From positions 197,125 through 261,124 of IMG/VR virus record IMGVR_UViG_3300033153_013547: a DNA stretch of 64,000 nucleotides, one strand, 5' to 3'. The notes under the pieces were generated by a model, which searched no databases, was not told the DNA's origin, and saw nothing but the letters and a program-made list of their open reading frames with translations. Positions 27,588-37,457 of this stretch are shown piece by piece. How positions within the stretch are numbered: the stretch's first letter is position 1; every line of letters starts with the position of its first letter. The translations under genes were made by a program, and so were the position numbers.

Positions 27588-28073
27588 TTAGTCAGGCATA
27601 GATGAATAGTGATAAGTATAATAAACCTCCATCCGCACGGGGATCGCCCCATATTGTCTGGTATCAGTGTATGTTTGGCCAGTTATACAACCCACAGCAG
27701 TCGTTACAATATCTCCGAAAAACACAACGCGTTCCATAGACCCAAGCCTGTGTCGCAATTTTATTGTGTCTCCACAATCAAGATAAGCAGAGTGTTTAAG
27801 GACTGCTTTATCTTTTTCTCCTGATGTATTTAAAAATACAAAACTTACTGTAATTTGCTTGATAGGTTCTTTAGTATAATTGACAATATAAGCTTCTACT
27901 ACGTTGATATCTCCATTATTACGATTGTTTGATCTGATTTTCTCCAGTAGTTTTGTATTACCTTCTGGCGATGTATATGGGATCGTGTCAGACTCATAAT
28001 TATTACAACAAATATAGTAAATAATTATTCCGACTATTATAATACCCAATGTCACGAAGATCCACATAATCAT
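27588..28073 (-). CDS. N-terminally anchored membrane protein
   Basis: N-terminal TM helix then a beta-rich domain. Confidence 0.55.
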   Translation of the reverse strand: MIMWIFVTLGIIIVGIIIYYICCNNYESDTIPYTSPEGNTKLLEKIRSNNRNNGDINVVEAYIVNYTKEPIKQITVSFVFLNTSGEKDKAVLKHSAYLDCGDTIKLRHRLGSMERVVFFGDIVTTAVGCITGQTYTDTRQYGAIPVRMEVYYTYHYSSMPD

Positions 28074-28326
28074 TTTATTTCTCCTCTATGCTTACTCCCC
28101 AAAGAATCCTATCAGACTATCAAAAAGTTCATAGATTGATTGACTATTCACTTCTTGTTCCAAGAGCGTTTTTACTAAGAGACCTCTCACTTGCGCTCCA
28201 TTTGGTTACTTTTATTGTTAGTTTACCTTCATCATCTGACGGATGCAATCCAATATTCACACCACCACTACCGTCCTCAAAATTTAGGGTAAACCCTATT
28301 TTCTTATTCAGTTTCATTGTCTACCC

Positions 28327-28530
28327 TCACTTGTCTTTGTTTTTTCTTCCCAATACTTCATCCAACCATTTTTGTGTTTCCTCAGGGAGATCTTCGTCAT
28401 CATCGCCCATCAATTTTTCTAACTTTTTGTCAATACTATATGAGCTCTCAAGGATCTTGATCAATATTTCAGCAATGAGTTTCTCACCATCTGTGGCATA
28501 CTTATTGGTCATTCTGTTCCTCTCCATCAT
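28327..28530 (-). CDS. hypothetical protein
   Basis: Coupled ORF. Confidence 0.45.
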   Translation of the reverse strand: MMERNRMTNKYATDGEKLIAEILIKILESSYSIDKKLEKLMGDDDEDLPEETQKWLDEVLGRKNKDK

Positions 28531-28930
28531 CTACTGTCGCGGCAATCATATGATCAGCAGCAACTTTTATTACAGGCTTATCAGGCATCATCTGTTTTAG
28601 TTCTTCTATAGGATTGATACTATTCCAGTCTGAATTTTCAATAGCATGAACAACCATTTCTACCCCATGTTTGTCTTCAAGATCAGATAAAAACTCTTTG
28701 TGGTTTTCAGAACCCACATTGCTAAAATCTATATCACGCAGCCCTGGAAACTGTTTTAGAAGACGTTCCTTTGCCCAATCAAATGCTCGTGGAATCTGAT
28801 GAGTGTAAATCTCATCTCCCGTCAGGAAGTTTAGTATTTCATATACTTCAGACATTCCACATAATAGTCTACCACCAATAACTGTCAAAACAGCACCTGT
28901 ACTAAAAACTTTTGACTTTATTTCACTCAT
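28502..28930 (-). CDS. conserved phage hypothetical protein
   Basis: GRLL...VYEILNFLTGD...THQIPR pattern. Confidence 0.6.
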   Translation of the reverse strand: MSEIKSKVFSTGAVLTVIGGRLLCGMSEVYEILNFLTGDEIYTHQIPRAFDWAKERLLKQFPGLRDIDFSNVGSENHKEFLSDLEDKHGVEMVVHAIENSDWNSINPIEELKQMMPDKPVIKVAADHMIAATVDDGEEQNDQ

Positions 28931-29189
28931 CAGAACCCTCTTTTTTATTTATTATTCTCATAAATTCTTCATGTGAATAATAATTATCATTGATTGTTAT
29001 ACCTTTTTCAATCTCTATTGCAAAATCGAACAAGATTGTTTCGCCTTCGTCAGCATGAGCCATAACATCTCGAAGTAACATAACATCGTCTATGATCAAT
29101 TCTTTATGATAACTCCCATAATAATTGTTATAGTCATCATTCAAAACATATCCATACAAAACATTATCATGTATATCAGTAAACTTCAT
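28923..29189 (-). CDS. hypothetical protein
   Basis: Coupled ORF. Confidence 0.5.
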   Translation of the reverse strand: MKFTDIHDNVLYGYVLNDDYNNYYGSYHKELIIDDVMLLRDVMAHADEGETILFDFAIEIEKGITINDNYYSHEEFMRIINKKEGSDE

Positions 29190-29228
29190 AGCCCTGAGAC
29201 TAACCCAGTTAGACGTCTTTCCATCCTC

Positions 29229-29570
29229 CTATGGATCCCACACAGTATTTACATAGTTATCCACCATAGTATATTCACCATTGGATTCCCATGCATAGAT
29301 TTCCATACGCCAATTAGGATATTCATAGGTGATTACAGTAACAACAGAACCATTAACACAGGTCAGAATATATGTCCTTGTATTTTCCTTTTTCACAGCC
29401 AGAACATACCCATCATCATATAATTCTTTCTCAAGATTTATAAACACTGGTGATTTCCAATCTGGACCATTGACTGTTTGTTGCTGATGATGACTCATAA
29501 GAAATATAGTTATGATTCCACAAATACAGACAAGAAGCCACAAACCTTTTGTATAACTATTTGTGTTCAT
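29229..29570 (-). CDS. membrane-anchored hypothetical protein
   Basis: N-terminal TM helix. Confidence 0.5.
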   Translation of the reverse strand: MNTNSYTKGLWLLVCICGIITIFLMSHHQQQTVNGPDWKSPVFINLEKELYDDGYVLAVKKENTRTYILTCVNGSVVTVITYEYPNWRMEIYAWESNGEYTMVDNYVNTVWDP

Positions 29571-29920
29571 TATCCTACCACTTCAAGCCCAAACTTTTTG
29601 CAAACACTCCATAAAACCTCATCCCTCATTTGAGCACTCAATGGATCAAGTAGTTCTGTTATCTGAATACATACACTGTTTTCACGAGCATTAAGAGCCC
29701 TGTCATACTCATGGCTTACTAATATTTCAAGATGTCTGATCAGATCTCTCATATCAGGTTTATCCAGAACAACCCATAAGTTATCATGGCCAATAAGTAT
29801 GCCAAACTCTTTTCCATCATCTCCACTGGAAAAATAGATCTGATTCCCCTGATTGTCACCTATTTCTATTTCCATAACGGGATCATCTTTCTTGTTTGGC
29901 CTTGTTTGTTTTACTGCCAT
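29570..29920 (-). CDS. hypothetical protein
   Basis: AGGAG RBS; coupled ORF. Confidence 0.5.
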   Translation of the reverse strand: MAVKQTRPNKKDDPVMEIEIGDNQGNQIYFSSGDDGKEFGILIGHDNLWVVLDKPDMRDLIRHLEILVSHEYDRALNARENSVCIQITELLDPLSAQMRDEVLWSVCKKFGLEVVG

Positions 29921-29930
29921 TTTATTCTCC

Positions 29931-30248
29931 TTATTCCATTCCTAAATCTATACCTTCAGTGCTATCAACAGTCCCAACTATGTTTTCTTCTTTGGCTACA
30001 AATAGAGCTTGTCCATCCTCTATGATCTCAGTAGTCCCAAACTTTCTGAATAATACTATCTGATCTGTTTTTAGCTCTTCTTTACAATCAGGACCTACAC
30101 TCATTACTATACCAAGAGCAAGTCTGTCTCTCACACCCTCTCTTTCTACCACTGATTCTGGTATAATAACTCCACCATCTGTTTTCTTCTCTGATGGTTC
30201 AACAGCTAATTTCAAAACAACTCTATCAAACAGAGGTATGACTGTCAT
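29931..30248 (-). CDS. groES: co-chaperonin GroES/Cpn10 paralog 2
   Basis: VIPLFDRVVLK...KKTDGGVIIPES...GIVMSVGP...VLFRKFGTTEI...KEENIVGTV. Confidence 0.9.
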   Translation of the reverse strand: MTVIPLFDRVVLKLAVEPSEKKTDGGVIIPESVVEREGVRDRLALGIVMSVGPDCKEELKTDQIVLFRKFGTTEIIEDGQALFVAKEENIVGTVDSTEGIDLGME

Positions 30249-30549
30249 ATTGATCTCCTTTTCCATGCACAACAAGATACATATTTTCTACAGCACACAT
30301 TTTATTACTTGCTGCCAATTTGTAAATTACAAAGTCAGCATTGTCACTTTGAGAATGTCTCAGTTTATCAAATCTTCTACACCTATATTCTATACCTTGA
30401 CTATCTTTGAAGCCAACAGATGGTACTGCTATACAAGCTTGACAAGCTATTTTGAAAATGAGTTCTGGAAGATCATCAAAACCTATGTGAGGATCTCCCC
30501 TTACCCATGTAATACGAAAATCGTTGGACATATCATTGATCGTTATCAT
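30226..30549 (-). CDS. hypothetical protein
   Basis: Coupled ORF. Confidence 0.45.
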   Translation of the reverse strand: MITINDMSNDFRITWVRGDPHIGFDDLPELIFKIACQACIAVPSVGFKDSQGIEYRCRRFDKLRHSQSDNADFVIYKLAASNKMCAVENMYLVVHGKGDQYDSHTSV

Positions 30550-30796
30550 TGTTATCCTCTTCGTTATACTCCAATACTATCTCGTATTCGTCCTCAGACT
30601 CTTCACAACATTCTTCGTGGTCTATCTCGTAAAAACAATAACCATCTGTAGTTGTAAGTTCGTCATTAACTCGATATACTTCGCAGTCTAAATGGCTTTT
30701 CAGTTTTTCTACGGCTTCTTCCAGACTATCTGCCTCTACCATCTCAGTCATATATTCGGAATTGATCCACCAGTATTTCAAATCAAATTTAGTCAT
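30533..30796 (-). CDS. DpnD/PcfM-like small protein
   Basis: MTKFDLKY...TEMVEADSLEEAVEKLK. Confidence 0.5.
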   Translation of the reverse strand: MTKFDLKYWWINSEYMTEMVEADSLEEAVEKLKSHLDCEVYRVNDELTTTDGYCFYEIDHEECCEESEDEYEIVLEYNEEDNNDNDQ

Positions 30797-30808
30797 TTAT
30801 TTATACCT

Positions 30809-31114
30809 CTATACATCAATTTCATCATCAGTATTGAGCTTAACTTCCATCTTTTGTGAAGCCTTGAATCCCACAGCCTTACGTGCTGGAATAATAATAG
30901 CCTCTCTGGTTCTTGGATTATATCCACCACGTTCCTTCTTTGTCTTGACAAATATTTTACCAATACCTCTCAATGATACACCATTACCTGCAGATAGCTG
31001 ATCCTCAATTACCTCACAAAATGCATCATACATTTTTCTACCAGTGGTAGTGTAGCAATTGAGCTTTTCAGCTAGTGCTTTAGCAACTTCTTCTTTACCA
31101 CAAATATCAGACAT
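30809..31114 (-). CDS. hup: HU/IHF-family DNA-binding protein
   Basis: VSLRGIGKIFV...RGGYNPRTREAIIIPARKAVGFKAS. Confidence 0.9.
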   Translation of the reverse strand: MSDICGKEEVAKALAEKLNCYTTTGRKMYDAFCEVIEDQLSAGNGVSLRGIGKIFVKTKKERGGYNPRTREAIIIPARKAVGFKASQKMEVKLNTDDEIDV

Positions 31115-31486
31115 TTTATCTATTCTCCTTTGAATTCTATACATAATACCTACTATGTAGTGAGATTATTGCATATTTCAGGATATTTACACAACCTAAC
31201 GTTTTTCATTTTACTTGCTTCTACAATTGACTCAATAATTGTGCAGACACTGTCTCCAAATATTCTGCTATAACCTTAGCAGAATCTTTGAGGTCCAGCA
31301 TAATTTGATCCATAGACATAGACTACCCATAAGTCCTACCTTGTATCAAAATTGGTCTCCAGGCAAGTTTGCTATCTATTGCTTCTAAACGTGCATATGC
31401 AGACATTCCTATATCTTCTCTAAAATCCCAGATTTCATAAACCAGTCGTATATGATTGTTATTATAGACTACTGTTTCTTTCCCTG

Positions 31487-31807
31487 TCACTTCCATAAGC
31501 CATTTTCCTTGGAAACATTATATTCATCTTCATCTAAGAGTCCAATAGGCAAATATACATAGCCATACCTATTGACCACATGACTACCACGACACATAAA
31601 AACATGTTCTTCTACATCATCATAGTCCATAAATACTGTCCACTGTTCCATCCCAGTTGTATCACCAAGATCCAGGGGTGTATCATGAACATTCATTACA
31701 ATTTTCAACTTTGTTGCTGCCTTGGCACTGGCAAGCACAAATCCTATGGAAAGATTATTAGAATCCTCTGGAACTATAAGAACAGGTCCTTGCGTAAGCA
31801 TAAACAC
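31487..31807 (-). CDS. hypothetical protein
   Basis: ORF with AAGGAAG RBS after a terminator. Confidence 0.5.
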   Translation of the reverse strand: MFMLTQGPVLIVPEDSNNLSIGFVLASAKAATKLKIVMNVHDTPLDLGDTTGMEQWTVFMDYDDVEEHVFMCRGSHVVNRYGYVYLPIGLLDEDEYNVSKENGLWK

Positions 31808-31841
31808 TACAAATACTTCCTTTAGATATATTCAGGCAAAT

Positions 31842-31878
31842 AAAAAAGGGATGGGCCGTTGACCTTCAGACCCATCCC
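31842..31878 (-). terminator. Rho-independent terminator
   Basis: Minus strand GGGATGGG-15 nt-CCCATCCC followed by TTTTTT. Confidence 0.75.
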
Positions 31879-31946
31879 ACACGTATGGAGGAGGAGGAAC
31901 AATTTTACTTGTCATATTACTATTAGTGCATTTTTAGCCAATTTTA

Positions 31947-32381
31947 TCAATCATGATGTCTGTAAAACACATTGAGAATAAAGCCTAACTGATCACAATA
32001 GCCCACCAGTGCTTTCAAACGTGAGGTAATAGCAGTAGCTTCTTCCATAGCATCATTTACTTCACTATACTCTTCTGCAAACATCAGATGAGCAGCACTT
32101 TTTCTATCAGTTACACTTGATCCTTCCATTTGTCCAACCATTGGATCAAATATGTTATTTTTCTTGATATTCAAAGCATCTAACAACCCATCCCAACGTC
32201 CATATTCATCTCTCAAAGCCAAGGATATCTCAGTAAATCTATTAAGCACTCTTTTCCTGCCAGCCTGTGTCATAACATCAGCACTATTCATGTCTTTAGT
32301 TATTTCTTGTAAAACCTCATGAAACTTGTCACACTGGCTTATGTGTTCTTTAATTCTATCTACTACTTCTTGTCCTGTCAT
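31947..32381 (-). CDS. helical protein, possibly UvsY-like recombination mediator
   Basis: All-helical; SVTDRKSAA...EY and LKALV..C...GFILN loosely recall UvsY. Confidence 0.3.
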   Translation of the reverse strand: MTGQEVVDRIKEHISQCDKFHEVLQEITKDMNSADVMTQAGRKRVLNRFTEISLALRDEYGRWDGLLDALNIKKNNIFDPMVGQMEGSSVTDRKSAAHLMFAEEYSEVNDAMEEATAITSRLKALVGYCDQLGFILNVFYRHHD

Positions 32382-32398
32382 AATAATTTTCTCCTACT

Positions 32399-32581
32399 TT
32401 ACTCTTGTGATGATATAATATTATCACACACTTTGGAAATGAGTAAATCTATCCTTTCCTTTATTCTATCTATTTCTGTTGTAAGATCATTGATTTTATC
32501 CTCAACAGTTACCAACCTATTTTCCAATTTGATAGGACTAGTTTCATAATTGAGAGTCATCATATATCTCCTACACATCAT
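32399..32581 (-). CDS. short coiled-coil protein
   Basis: LENRLVTVEDKINDLTTEIDRIKERID heptads. Confidence 0.5.
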   Translation of the reverse strand: MMCRRYMMTLNYETSPIKLENRLVTVEDKINDLTTEIDRIKERIDLLISKVCDNIISSQE

Positions 32582-33278
32582 ATGTCATTATTGCTGGTGA
32601 TAGTGTTTTGAACAAAACTTTCTTTACTGCTCTATGGAGATCCTCAATAGTTCCATCATTGATCACCATAGCATCTATACCTTCAATAGAATCAACAAGA
32701 GTCTCACTTGGATGACCATCATCATCAGACATCCCTGGTCTATACACTTTTAGAATAAAAGCACCAAATTTGTCAGCCAATAGTTTTCTCTCATAGGGAA
32801 ACCTACAGTCTGATATTACAATTAGATCTTGTCTATCTTCTGCAATCCTATCTATTGTATATTGTAGCCACACATCCTGTCCAAATATTCTTCTAGTTAT
32901 ATCTCCCAACAGCTGTAACATTATCCTTGGCTTGTTACCTTCCATTACGGGAAATAGTCTATTATCAATTGTCACAAAAGCATTAGATGCATATATGTAA
33001 TCAGCAATGTTCATGGCAATTTCAGGAACTGATTCACTACCCTTATACTGAATTGTTCCTACTATTTCATACACATGCTGAATTATACTCACAGCCATAG
33101 ACATCCTGTCTGTAGCTTTATAGCATTCATTGTTTGTTTGCAAAGCCAGTGTTATACTATTAGCCATTTCTTTTAGTTTAGCAGCAAACACATATTGTTT
33201 GAAACCCAAGCTAGACAGAGCATTAGCACATTCGTCCTTACCATGACGTTTTTTGCCTGTTATTGCTACTACGAACAC
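32571..33278 (-). CDS. deoxynucleoside monophosphate kinase (T4 gp1-like)
   Basis: ITGKKRHGKD P-loop, FAAKLK, PRIMLQ.LG, ISDCRFPYE, HPSE. Confidence 0.85.
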   Translation of the reverse strand: MFVVAITGKKRHGKDECANALSSLGFKQYVFAAKLKEMANSITLALQTNNECYKATDRMSMAVSIIQHVYEIVGTIQYKGSESVPEIAMNIADYIYASNAFVTIDNRLFPVMEGNKPRIMLQLLGDITRRIFGQDVWLQYTIDRIAEDRQDLIVISDCRFPYERKLLADKFGAFILKVYRPGMSDDDGHPSETLVDSIEGIDAMVINDGTIEDLHRAVKKVLFKTLSPAIMTYDV

Positions 33279-33352
33279 CCTGCTGTCTCCTCTGATTTAT
33301 CTTATCTTTATTTGATTCTACTGAATAATATAGATACACAAGACTTGTGGCT

Positions 33353-33652
33353 TCAATTAGACCACAACATTCTTGCCATAGCCTTTACTTCATCTATCAA
33401 TTCTTTATTTTTTATACCTTCATCACCCAATGTTTCAACTGACATTTTCTCAGCAGCATCCTTCAATATTTCACCAAGATCATGTGCTAACTCGTCATTC
33501 TTTGACTTTTTGGCATAGCCAAATAATGCCAGCCAAGCAGCAGGATCTGAATATGGCTTCAAAACGAAACTTGTCTTATCCATGACATCTACTGCTTCTT
33601 TCATCAATGATGACGTTGGTATAATTCTATATTTATCTCTAAATCCAGGCAT
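33353..33652 (-). CDS. conserved phage hypothetical protein
   Basis: FVLKPYSDPAAWLALFGYA pattern. Confidence 0.6.
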   Translation of the reverse strand: MPGFRDKYRIIPTSSLMKEAVDVMDKTSFVLKPYSDPAAWLALFGYAKKSKNDELAHDLGEILKDAAEKMSVETLGDEGIKNKELIDEVKAMARMLWSN

Positions 33653-33656
33653 TTAT

Positions 33657-35018
33657 CTATCCCTTCCTTTTAAATCCCATTGTAGCCACATGTTTCTGGA
33701 AATATTCCATAGATTGATTCATGGTGTCTTGATCTATTATTACTTTCTTTTTCTTGTTCTTGCTTTTAGCAAACTCTGTTATAACAGCAAAATCAATAAT
33801 CTCTCTTAGCTGGGCACCAGTAAGGCCTGCTTCCACACATTCCTTAGCCAATTTATCCATATCAAAATTACATGTTGCTTGCTTATTGTCTTTTAGAAAC
33901 AAATCAATCATATCTCTACATTGTTTCTCGTTAGGAGGCTTAAATTCTAACACTTTGTCAAAACGACCTGGTCTATCCTTAAGTGCCTGATCAATAGACT
34001 CAAGGTTATTTGTTGTTGCTACAGTAACAACACATTTCTTGTCATTTAGTCCCTGCAAACATTGTAACATTTCAGACAAGGGATCAGCATACCCACTACC
34101 TCTAGTTGGTATAGCCAAATCTATATCTTCCATAATCAACAAAGTAGGAGAAAGAGATTCTGCTGTTTTGTATATTTGTGATATGTGCTGAGGAGATGAA
34201 AGATCTGATCCATAAGCAAGAATTATTGTGCATTTGCCCATCAATTCTCTACATATAGCCATAATTGTCCTAGTCTTCCCTGTTCCTGGCATTCCATATA
34301 ATATAGTGCCTCTACTTCTGGCAATTCCCATAGACTCAAACATATTGCCATTTGTTATAGGCTGAATGCAATTTAGCCTAAGCACGTTCTCTATTTCACG
34401 ATCTATGATTACATCATCCCATGATGTTTCTTGAATACTTGATGAAGACACAAATTGTATGTTGGTGCCATTTTCAATTCTCAAAAGCTGATCTTTGAAT
34501 ATGTTTCCATATTTTAGTTTGTGTTTTATAGATTTTGTAAATGCTTCAGCACTATCGTTATCAGCAGCAGTGATATAATAATTACTGTTACTTCCCCCAT
34601 TGCCATAAACTATCTTTACATTTCCATCAGTAATAAAAAACAAATCACCAGTCTCCATCTGACGATATTGATCAGGACCTATCAATACATCAGAGAAATC
34701 CTTTCTGGTTGAAACACAAATATTGCTGTCATCATCATAATCATATGATTTGATGCTCTTTATCCTAAAAGTTCTTTTCTTATCAGCCACTATGTTAGTA
34801 AATCCATCATGCAAGACTTTCAATATAAACATCATGCTCAATGGATCAGATTGCACTGTAACTTCAATGAAATTTGCAGACTTTACTCCCAAAAACTTCT
34901 CCATATCCTCAGTCTGTTCATTGGTAGTTTCTTGAATAGGTAGCTTGTTGATGATACGTACAAACATTTTGATAAATATATCTAAGAGCTTCCTTGTGAC
35001 ATTATCAGATGTTGACAT
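33657..35018 (-). CDS. AAA+ ATPase (classical AAA clade)
   Basis: ILYGMPGTGKT, LLIMEDID, TTNNLESIDQALKDRPGRFD (second region of homology). Confidence 0.9.
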   Translation of the reverse strand: MSTSDNVTRKLLDIFIKMFVRIINKLPIQETTNEQTEDMEKFLGVKSANFIEVTVQSDPLSMMFILKVLHDGFTNIVADKKRTFRIKSIKSYDYDDDSNICVSTRKDFSDVLIGPDQYRQMETGDLFFITDGNVKIVYGNGGSNSNYYITAADNDSAEAFTKSIKHKLKYGNIFKDQLLRIENGTNIQFVSSSSIQETSWDDVIIDREIENVLRLNCIQPITNGNMFESMGIARSRGTILYGMPGTGKTRTIMAICRELMGKCTIILAYGSDLSSPQHISQIYKTAESLSPTLLIMEDIDLAIPTRGSGYADPLSEMLQCLQGLNDKKCVVTVATTNNLESIDQALKDRPGRFDKVLEFKPPNEKQCRDMIDLFLKDNKQATCNFDMDKLAKECVEAGLTGAQLREIIDFAVITEFAKSKNKKKKVIIDQDTMNQSMEYFQKHVATMGFKRKG

Positions 35019-35044
35019 ATTGTTATTTTACTCCTGGAAATTTA

Positions 35045-35425
35045 TTACAAATTACGATTACATTGAAGGGCTTTTATGCCATATTTGCCAACCACAGCAA
35101 ATCCAAACAATAACCTAAGATTAGTTGCAATCATAATATCTCTTGAAAAATATGATGTACTACTTTGCCAATTGTCAAAGTTCATTACAACATCTTTACG
35201 TACAAAAACAATTATTTCATCTTTTTTTTTGCCCTTTATAAAGATATAATCCTTGGTGCTTACAACACCAACAACTAGAAACATATCAAGAGCAATTGAA
35301 ATATCATCAGTATGTTCTGTTGCCTTTTTAGGAAAAGAACCTGGTGGTCCAGGAGATCTTTTTAGTGATTCTATAACCCCAGGTAAGGTGATTTTAGAAC
35401 CTGCTTTTAGTATAACTTCCATCAT
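35045..35425 (-). CDS. hypothetical protein
   Basis: Coupled ORF. Confidence 0.45.
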   Translation of the reverse strand: MMEVILKAGSKITLPGVIESLKRSPGPPGSFPKKATEHTDDISIALDMFLVVGVVSTKDYIFIKGKKKDEIIVFVRKDVVMNFDNWQSSTSYFSRDIMIATNLRLLFGFAVVGKYGIKALQCNRNL

Positions 35426-36129
35426 GCATGCCTATCACTTACATAAAACTCAATCACTTTATCCACTGGTAATTTTACTATATGTCTCTTGAGAATTGGA
35501 GAATCATTGTGAGGATCAGTGGGCACAGCAGCCACCAAAGAATCCATATCTACCTTTATATCTGCTATATGAACACCACCAGTGCCTGCATCTCCAGCCT
35601 TGACATAGGCATCATAAATATCAGGATGACTGCTCAAGTCAGGCTCAAAACCTATGTGTGATGATTGTGTTCTATATTCTATATCATAACCAGCAGTAAC
35701 AACAGCATAAACTGCATTGCCACCAAATCTACTAGTGCTTCTAAAAGCAACAGACCCCACTATGTGAGTCTCTTGACCCTTAGACGTATGCACAATAAGC
35801 AGACACTGCTTGTCCACAAACTGCAAGTCTGCATTGTTATGTAATTTGATAGTGGTCTTGTTAGGAATAAAGCATCTATATCTCATATCATACAAATCTG
35901 CCATTACATTGTTGTCAACATGTTTAGGTCTTACATCAAAATAGAATAACCATGATTCATCATCATAATATATTCCACATTCTATGATATGATCTGTACA
36001 CAATTGCATATCATAATATAGTTCAACTTGTCTTGTTGGAACAGTAGATTCTTCTGAGTCATTGATGGAGACCATTATGTCTTTATCACTGGGTCTCAGA
36101 GACACTTTGTGCAAATTATCATGAGGCAT
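35422..36129 (-). CDS. hypothetical protein
   Basis: Coupled 235-aa ORF. Confidence 0.55.
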   Translation of the reverse strand: MPHDNLHKVSLRPSDKDIMVSINDSEESTVPTRQVELYYDMQLCTDHIIECGIYYDDESWLFYFDVRPKHVDNNVMADLYDMRYRCFIPNKTTIKLHNNADLQFVDKQCLLIVHTSKGQETHIVGSVAFRSTSRFGGNAVYAVVTAGYDIEYRTQSSHIGFEPDLSSHPDIYDAYVKAGDAGTGGVHIADIKVDMDSLVAAVPTDPHNDSPILKRHIVKLPVDKVIEFYVSDRHA

Positions 36130-36577
36130 AATAATTATCCTTTTCCATCCAGTAATAAATGCTGGACCAACTGGTAACTAACCAGTCTCTATCAAGGTTA
36201 TATTTTAGTCTATTTAGCACCACACTGAAACTTCCAAATCCTATGATCATGCCAGGCTTTAGCCTTTTATTGCCACATGAGTAGACTATTCCTTCATAAC
36301 AGTCATTATTTCCAAACTTATAAGCCAATGTGTGTATTACTACATGAGATTTTGTCATAGGAACAGAATATTCTACATCCACCGTGCCATTATCCAATAC
36401 TTTTAGCGTTTCTTTATCAACAGAGGAATCCTCAGGCAAAACTGATACCATATCTGATTCTTCTCTAAACAGTTTCTGCCTCTCACGTGTTAGCAAAGGA
36501 ATAACTATTATGTTATCTCCAAAAGCCTTGATCTCACCAAAATTTTTTATGATCAGTTTTTTATTCTTCATCTTCAT
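36119..36577 (-). CDS. divergent GroES-like paralog 3 with greatly expanded mobile-loop region
   Basis: IKAFGDNIIVIP...EGIVYSCGN.RLKPGMIIGF...WLVTSWSSIYYW aligns to Cpn10 strands. Confidence 0.55.
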   Translation of the reverse strand: MKMKNKKLIIKNFGEIKAFGDNIIVIPLLTRERQKLFREESDMVSVLPEDSSVDKETLKVLDNGTVDVEYSVPMTKSHVVIHTLAYKFGNNDCYEGIVYSCGNKRLKPGMIIGFGSFSVVLNRLKYNLDRDWLVTSWSSIYYWMEKDNYYAS

Positions 36578-37142
36578 TCCAGGGCACAAAATCCGCAGGA
36601 TTGTCACGACGGTTCCATGCTCTTGCAGCTTCCATAGATGTCTTATGACAACCATTGGTACACAAACCACAATCCATACATTCTATCCATGCGAAGGCAA
36701 CCCCTTCCACATCTCTATCTGTGGACATTATTCTTTGTGAACCACAACAAGGGCATTGTTTTATAACAGCAGGCAAATCTACTTCTACAGGTTCAGGGCA
36801 AAAACACTCAATCAACTTAGAATCAGCTTGATCTAATATTTTCCCAAAATTATCGCCCGAGAAAGAGATTCTAAATGCTCTGCCGCTAGCGTCTTTAGCA
36901 ATTCTATAACTCTTGTTTTTGTCATAATAAAGATTGATTGTTGCATTAATCACAGCATCAGTAGGATACATAACCCTCAAAGTAGCATACCAATGATCAG
37001 ATAACATTTTACGATAACGAAGGAGATGGTGAGTAGGAAATGGATCACCCTCATTAACAAACTTCATCCATCTTTCAGATTTTATTTTCTCCTTACTAAA
37101 GGTAAGGGAAAATTCATCCATTCTATCTGTCCAAATCTTCAT
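36561..37142 (-). CDS. protein with C-terminal Lar-like (restriction alleviation) zinc ribbon
   Basis: CPCCGS...WIECMDCG...EAARAWNRR. Confidence 0.7.
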   Translation of the reverse strand: MKIWTDRMDEFSLTFSKEKIKSERWMKFVNEGDPFPTHHLLRYRKMLSDHWYATLRVMYPTDAVINATINLYYDKNKSYRIAKDASGRAFRISFSGDNFGKILDQADSKLIECFCPEPVEVDLPAVIKQCPCCGSQRIMSTDRDVEGVAFAWIECMDCGLCTNGCHKTSMEAARAWNRRDNPADFVPWNEDEE

Positions 37143-37187
37143 GTTGCTCTCCTTTTATATGCCTACTATTCCCACACCATTAAAAAA

Positions 37188-37457
37188 CTATATTGGCCAC
37201 TGCCCTGCATCTTTCAACTCAATCATTATGTCTTCTAACCCTGACCAAAAGTATTCCATCAAAACATCTCCAAGACACTCTCCTATATGCTCCAGATCAT
37301 CTTGTGTGATAACAATACCACGAAATCCACCAGACTCGTGGGTGGGCATACGTGTTATAACCCCATAGACATCTTCAGCTGATAATTTTACAACAACAAC
37401 GGGCTCAACTTTTTCTTTGCTTACCATTTTATTCCTCACTGTAATTATAGGACTCAA
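37188..37457 (-). CDS. hypothetical protein
   Basis: ORF on the coding strand. Confidence 0.5.
   Translation of the reverse strand: MSPIITVRNKMVSKEKVEPVVVVKLSAEDVYGVITRMPTHESGGFRGIVITQDDLEHIGECLGDVLMEYFWSGLEDIMIELKDAGQWPI

Noticed and set aside
31145-31495. Possible gene(s) between HU and 31487
   Set aside because: Only short ORFs (57, 32 and 18 aa) with no recognisable motif; not supportable as features.
33337-33349. Palindrome CACAAG-A-CTTGTG in an intergenic gap
   Set aside because: Possible operator, but no second copy was noticed and the promoter spacing is poor.
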